A DNA stretch of 64,000 nucleotides, from contig QPMI01000618.1 in the NCBI GenBank assembly GCA_004431415.1, positions 1-64,000 on the forward strand. The letters are read 5' to 3'. The notes below the pieces were generated by a model that worked only from the letters and a program-made list of their open reading frames with translations, was not told the DNA's origin and made no database searches. A program made the translations under genes and the position numbers. This document shows positions 58,048 through 64,000 of the stretch, in pieces (position 1 is the first letter of the stretch; each line of letters begins with the position of its first letter). This stretch comes from Cyanophora paradoxa CCMP329 (lineage: Eukaryota > Plantae > Glaucophyta).

Positions 58048-61000
58048 CTATTTGAAATCGAAGACGAGGACGGGGGAGAAGGAGTCCGGATCGGCGGCGT
58101 ACCCCTCCGCGCGGGCGAGCAGCAGCGCCGTGGGGCGGTCGTCGGGCCACCGCATGCGCAGCGCGGCGAGTCGACCGGCCGCCTCCGCAGCGCGGCCGGC
58201 CCACAGCTCCCGCAGCGCCCCCTCGTACTCGCCCCAAGCCGGCCCCGCCGGCCCCGCCTCCGAAATGGCGTACAGGTCCGTCGCGACCGAGCGGCCTGCG
58301 CACGCGCCCCGTCTGTTATGAGAGGAGGGATCTCGATCGATGGAGAGCCGGGAGGGGGTACTTGCCCTTGGCGACGACGCGGTCGAGGAGGCGGGCGGAG
58401 GGGGGCGCGGGCCCCGGGCGCCCGTCGGCGGTCGGGAGGGCCGCCACTAGGTCCCCGCTCGCCAGCACGGGTACGCCGTAGTGCTTGCAGAGCGACTCCA
58501 GCCGCGAGGCCAGGTTGACCTGAGCACGCGAAAGGGGGGAAGAATGGGGTCAGGTGAGGCGGAAGGGGGTACAGGTGGGGCGGGGGGTACCGAGTCGCCG
58601 ATGGCGGTGAAGGCCATGCGGTCCTCGGAGCCGACGTTGCCCACGAGGGCCGTACCCGTGTGCAGCCCGATGCGCGCCCGGAAGCCCACTCGCACCGGCC
58701 GCCCATCTGAGCGCGAGGAGACGCAATGTCAAAACTCGGCTCGAGAACGGTCTTAGACGTCAGCCTCTATAAGCTTCTTAAATGCGAGCTTGTCAATCTC
58801 AGATCTAAGTTGCAAGGCCCCTGACCGTGGGCGGAGAGGTCGAGGGAGAGGCCGGCGAGGGCGCGCTGGCAGGCCAGCGCCGCGCGGCACGCCAGCAGCT
58901 CGTGCCCCGCCACGGGAACAGGCGCGTTCCAGATCGCCATCACCTTGGGGGGGAGGGAGGGGAGGCGGTCAGAGGGGAGTGGTGGGGAAGGGGGTGGGGG
59001 GGGGGGGGGAGGGATAAGGGGGAGGAGAATAGAAGGGGGGGGGGGGGGGGGAGGAGGGGGGGGGACCTGATCGCCGGCGAAGGAGTCGACGGTGCCCTGC
59101 GGCCAAGGGCGTCAGCGGCGAGCACGCGGGGATGCGGGGAGGGGTACGGGGCCGCGCCTCGTGGCCGGTGATGGTTCGGATGCAGACGGTGAGGAAGTAC
59201 TGCAGGTACACCGCCATGCTGGGGTACGCAATTAGAGATTGAAGGCGCGAAATGACATGGGAGGGGGGGGGGCGGACCTTGAGGGGGATAACTGCTCCGT
59301 CAGAGTCGTGAACCTAAATGGGGGAAAAGAAGGTTGGAGGGGGTACGGGTAAGGAGGGAACAAGGATAGGGTACCCAACGATGTCGATGAAGAGGATCGT
59401 GACTCGAGCCTGCGGGGCGGGGGCGAAGACGTGTCGGGGAGGGGTACGGGAGAGGGCGCGAGGGGAGGGGGTACGCGCCTCGGAGAGGCCGAGGCGGCCG
59501 AGTCGGCCCGCGTCCATAAGGCTCGTCACCACCTCCCGTGCCAAATACTACGGGGGGAATGAGCGGAGGGGTACGGGATTGGGAGGGGGGGCTGTTGCCT
59601 TGTGGAGGGAGTCGAGGCCGACCCGCATGCGCTCGAAGCCTGTGGGGGTACCGCACGTGAACAGCGGGCAGGGGAACGGGGCTGGACGGGGTGGGGCGGG
59701 GGAAAGGGGAGGGCGGGGGCGGGAGGAGGGGGTGGGGGGCGGGAGGGGTGAATAGCCCACTCTGCTGCATCTCGTGGATCTCGCGGATGAGCGACCCGCC
59801 GGCGCCGGCCTTCCGCCGCCGCCGTTGCGGGGCCGCCGCCTGCGGCTGGCGCCGGGTCGGCCGGCGGCGCGCGGCGGTCCGGAGGAGGCGTGCACGCTCA
59901 CTGCCGCATATGCATGGGAGGCCAGCGCAGCGGATCCGTCCGATTCGACAGAGAGGCGCTGCTGCGGCGCGGCGCGCGCCGCCGGCCTGCCGGAGCGTCA
60001 CTCGGCGCATCAGAGCGGGGCGGGGCGGGGCGGGGCAGGGCGGTTCTGTGGGCGCCGGGCGCACGGCTCGGTGGGAAGGGTCGCGAGGGCGGCGGAGCTG
60101 GGGGCGCGGACGCTGCCGACGTCGCTGCCGCCGGGGAGGGAGGGGAAGGAGGCGGGGGCGTTGGGGGCGTTGGGGCCCGGGAAGAGAAGGGATGACATCG
60201 ACTCCACGACGCCTCGAGGGGAAGGGGCGCGGCGCAGGCCGGCGGCGCCGCTCCCGCCGCCGCCGCCGCCTCCGCCACCGATGCCAAAGACGGCTCTGCT
60301 GCTGCCGCTGCCGCTGCCGCCACCGGCGGTGCCGGTACCCCCGCCGCCGGTCTCGTCTTCCGAGAGGGGTAGGACCTCGGTCACCCCCCCCGCCCACGCC
60401 TCCGTGCCCCGCCGGAACAGCCCAGCGCTCGGATCTGAGCCCGCGGGCTCAGATCTGAGGAAGGGGTTCGAGCTTGGGATCAGGCGCGTGACGTCAACGT
60501 CCATGGCAACGCTGTCCAGGGGCCCGTTGAGGGCGCGCTTGGAGGGGGCGCCGGCTGCGGGCGCGGGCGCCGGCTTGGGGCTGGGCCGCGCGGCCTCCTG
60601 GATGGCGGAGGAGAGGCGGTGGGCGAGGCGGGGGTCGAGGAGGCCCCGGGGGCGCCGCGCGGCGCCGCGGCCGCTCTCGGGCCGCTCGTCGAGCTTCAGC
60701 ACCGCCGCCATCTCCCGCGTGAGCGCCTGCCCGCCCGTGAGCGCCAGAAATCAAGGGCGAGGCAAAGATGGGCGGAGTGGGGAGGCCCTAGGGGGCGGAC
60801 GTTGAGGGGGCGGGTGACGAGGAGGGCGGAGAAGGCGGCGCCGACGACAGAGACCGCCACCAGCGCCGCCGCGCCCGCGATCGACCAGAGCCCCGCCTGA
60901 TCATAAGGGGCTCAAGGCAGGTGGCCATGGGGGAGGGGTACGGGGCGCGCCTGCTGCCAGGCGCGGGAGAGGTCCGAGTCGGGTACGGCGACGAAGAGCA

Positions 61001-62981
61001 GCAGCGTCACGCCGAGGTCCCCAGCCAGGTCCCTTCGGCGCTATTTTCAGATGCGGGGAGGGGGAAGAAGCGGGCGGGGGGGGGTACGCGGACTCGACGG
61101 TGACGTGGACGCCGTCGGTGGAGGAGCCGACGTCGAAGTCGGCGGGAGGGGTACGGCCCCGCCGCTCGAACTCGGCCACGGACGCCCGCACCAGAGCGCT
61201 CGGGCTCTCCCTGCCGCCCCCAAGGGTGGGTGAGCGGGGCCGAGGGGGGGTAAGGAAGCAATAGAGGGTTCCGCGCTCCGCGCACCGAGCGAGCCAGCGT
61301 GTACCCTCGTTCGGGTCCCGAAGCACGGGCGCGTCGGCGGCGTTCGATGCCACCATGTACCCTGCCGAAATGTTCAGTTCCCCCGGAGGGGGGGAGAAAG
61401 GGGGTAGGGGCGCGCCCTGGATGTCGACGACCCAGGCGAGGGTGTTGGGGGTGACGCGTACCCCCGCCAGGCGCGCCGGCACGTCCCGCAGCGCCGTGTC
61501 GGCCGCGAAGACGACGCGCTCGCCAAGGGGCGGCCCGCCGGCGTGCGGGGCCGAGGCCGGCCGCCCGCGCCCCCGCGGGAATGGGAGCGAGAGGCCGGGC
61601 TGCGCGTAGCGGACGGCGGGCGCGACGGAACTGTTGACCGCCGCCTCGATCGCGTGGGTCACCATCAGCAGCTCGGGGTTGCCCCAGTCTGCGCGCCGGC
61701 CGGCGGGCCGGCGCCGAGTCGGCGGGAGGAGGAGCGGGCGGGCCGGGGCCGAAGGGGACGCGCGCACCGCTGTAGACCGGGGTCCACGCGGGGGCGCCGG
61801 CCTGGGCCCGAGCCGCCTTGAACCACGGCCGCGATCTCGGGTCTAAGGGGGGGAGGGGGGGAGGCGTTGGAGGGGTACGGGTTGGCGCGAGGGGGGTAGT
61901 GGCTCCGCGGACCGTAGCTCTCCTTCAGCGTGTACGCCGCTGCAATGGCGCCGTCCGCCGCCAGGGGGTACTCGAAGGTCTCGAAGGGGTACGCCGGGTC
62001 CGCGATGGAGAACTGCGCGGCCGGTGAGGGGGTACGGGCATCCGGAGGGGGTTACATCGATGCCCGTGCCTTCCACGTCGCGAGGGACCCGTTGGGGTGG
62101 TTGATTCGGTTGGCGCCCCAGAAGTATCCTGAGGGGGGTACGAGTACGAGCGCGGTGGGCGGTGGGGCGAGAGCGGAGGGAAGGGAGGGTTTGGGGCGCT
62201 GGTACCCGAGTCGGTCGCGACGTAAATCCAGTAGAGTGTGGGAAGGTCCGCCATCACCGCAGAGAACATGCTGCGGGGGCGCGGCGCGGCGCTCAGCGGC
62301 TCAGCTGCAGTGCAGCGTGCGCCGGCGCAGCGAGGCGGGGCCGGGGGCCGGGGGCCGGGAGGGGCCGGGAGGGCCGGGGGCCGGGGGCCGGGGGCCGGGG
62401 GCCGGGGGCCGGACCTGACGAGCTCGTCGGGGCGGGCAGGGAGACGACGCCCGCCTCGAACGCCGTCGCCGCGAGCCGCACGGCGCGCGCCATCGGCTGC
62501 AGCACCTCGCTCCGCACCGCCGACCGCACTGCCGCCGGCGCGCGCGGGCGTCGGCGCGACGGCGCCGCCTCGGCTCGCCTAGGGGCACATGTACAGGCCT
62601 AGGCCTAGGCCGGGCCGGGGGCGCACGCTCGGAGACGTAGCCGCCGCGGGCCGAGGTCGCCGTGTCCTGGATGACCTGCCGCGACAGCTGCGGAACGCGT
62701 CCCCGCGTCAGCGCGCCGAGGCCGAGCGCAGGGCGCGCGTGTGCGCAGCGTGGATGCGAAGCGCTCACAAGATAAACGATGCAGAACACGGCTCCGCTCG
62801 CCACTAGGATCTCCACGGCGAAGATGAGTGCAATGGCGACCTTAAGGCTGATCCTGAGCTGCCGACTCGGCTTGGCGGCCGCGGGCGCAGCAGCTGCAGC
62901 TGCAGGAGGCGCGACATGATGCGCCTCCTGGTCTCCGTGACCGGTTTCGAAGTCGGCGGGCGCAACCGACGAGGGCTGCAT
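58048..62981 (-). CDS. Receptor-type class III nucleotidyl cyclase: TM-dCache-TM-HAMP-cyclase with bacterial-type helical C-tail
   Basis: TM1 LKVAIALIFAVEILVASGAVFCIVYL; dCache motif LDPRSRPWFKAA..WTPVYS; TM2 then RPLNALTREM; cyclase [72 protein letters not shown]; tail PDDRPTALLLARAEGY..PVLVFDFK*. Confidence 0.92.
62337..62412. repeat. (GGGGCCG)n-like GC-rich repeat in a cyclase intron
   Basis: About 10 imperfect units read directly. Confidence 0.8.
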
Positions 62982-63304
62982 CTTCTCAGATGCAGGCCGG
63001 ATGGCTCGCCGGGAGCCGCCCGCACGCCCCAGCTCCGAAACGGCCGCGGTGCCCGGCACGCGGCTGATCCGGATGGATAGGGTTGCTAGGGCAGGGGTCG
63101 CCGACGCCGGGTCGAGCAGCTCTGGCCCATCCGCAAGCGATAAGCCGAGCTCCGCTGCCGCGCGACCCCAGCCGCCCACTACTGCTGCTTCTGTCGCGTA
63201 CCCCAACAGGAGGAGAAAAGGCGGTGCCATTCTGTGTCCAGGAGCTCGATCACACGCTCGGACTCGCCTGGGAGATCAAACAAGGACTAGCGAGCCGACA
63301 GGCG

Positions 63305-64000
63305 ATGGCGGCCGCTTTCGGGTCTCCCGCGTGCGTGCCAGGGTCGGCGCTCTTCCGATCGCTCAGCACACTGCAAGCCACTCCGTGCCAGCTTGTTTCG
63401 ACGGCGCTGGCCCCGGCTGCGCGCGCGTGGCCGATCGGACAGCGCGCGCTGACAGCATGCGGAGCGCGCCGGCATGCAGCAGCGAGGCCCCCCTGCTCGG
63501 GGCGGGCGTTTGAAGCGCCCCGCAGGCTCCCACGGCTCACGAGCGCATGGCTCGCTGGCGACGGGCTGCGCGCCCCGCGCCCTCGAGCTCCCGGGGCCGC
63601 GGGCGCGTGCCCGCCCACGGCGCCGCCGGCGCCTGCTGCCGCCGCTGCGGCGCCGCCGGAGGCACAGCCGGCGGAGCGCTCGCCGTCGTCGTCGGCGGGC
63701 GGCCTGCAGCCTTTCGACTTCACGGCGCTCGCGGCGGTCGTGCACGAGCTGCGGGGCGGGTGGCTGCCCGCGCGCTGCGACAACGTCGTGCAGGAGGACC
63801 CCTTCACGCTCAAGCTCTGCCTCCGGACGCTCGAGCGGCGCGAGTGGCTCACCATCTGCTGGCACCCGCAGGCCCGCCCCCCCGCCCGCCCGCCCGCCCG
63901 CCCGCCCCCACGCCCGCCGCCCGGCCCGCCGCCTTGAGCTGCGCCTCTGAAGCGCTCGCGCGGCGCAGTCGTGCCATATGGCGATGGGCCCTGCGCCGCC
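63305..64000 (+). CDS. rqcH: Plastid-targeted RqcH/FbpA (NFACT) ribosome quality-control factor, 5' part (runs off the window)
   Basis: Ala/Ser/Arg/Pro-rich leader starting MAAAF, then LQPFDFTALAAVVHELRGGWLPARCDNVVQEDPFTLKLCLRTLERREWLTICWHPQ, which resembles the cyanobacterial NFACT N-terminus. A GC-AG intron follows, then SCHMAMGPAPP. Confidence 0.85.

Noticed and set aside
59691-60805. Overlapping plus-strand ORFs in the cyclase gene
   Set aside because: Low-complexity antisense frames with no motif support.

Overview
GC-rich, intron-dense eukaryotic nuclear DNA with frequent homopolymer (long-read-type) errors. The host is most likely a glaucophyte-like alga such as Cyanophora; this is inferred from an MAAAF-type plastid transit peptide on a cyanobacterial-type RqcH gene. 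Bases 1-18844 are about 7.65 head-to-tail copies of a ~2.46-kb unit containing a decayed plus-strand reading frame. The rest holds spliced genes that the six-frame track misses and that I assembled by hand from splice sites: a nurim/MddA-like membrane methyltransferase (+), a polycystin-2/TRPP-like channel of ~36 exons with three 7-8-nt micro-exons (-), an exon-repeat coiled-coil protein (-) head-to-head with cytosolic Hsp101/ClpB (+, 23 introns, 5 of them GC-AG), a hypothetical gene (-), a 12-kb surface protein with a duplicated kelch-like module and a TRP/Flc-like membrane domain (+), a small hypothetical gene (-), a dCache-HAMP class III cyclase with Ser at the Lys/Glu specificity position (-), and the 5' end of a plastid-targeted RqcH/NFACT (+). 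No rRNA, tRNA or CRISPR array is supported. All gene models are manual and need RNA-seq confirmation.
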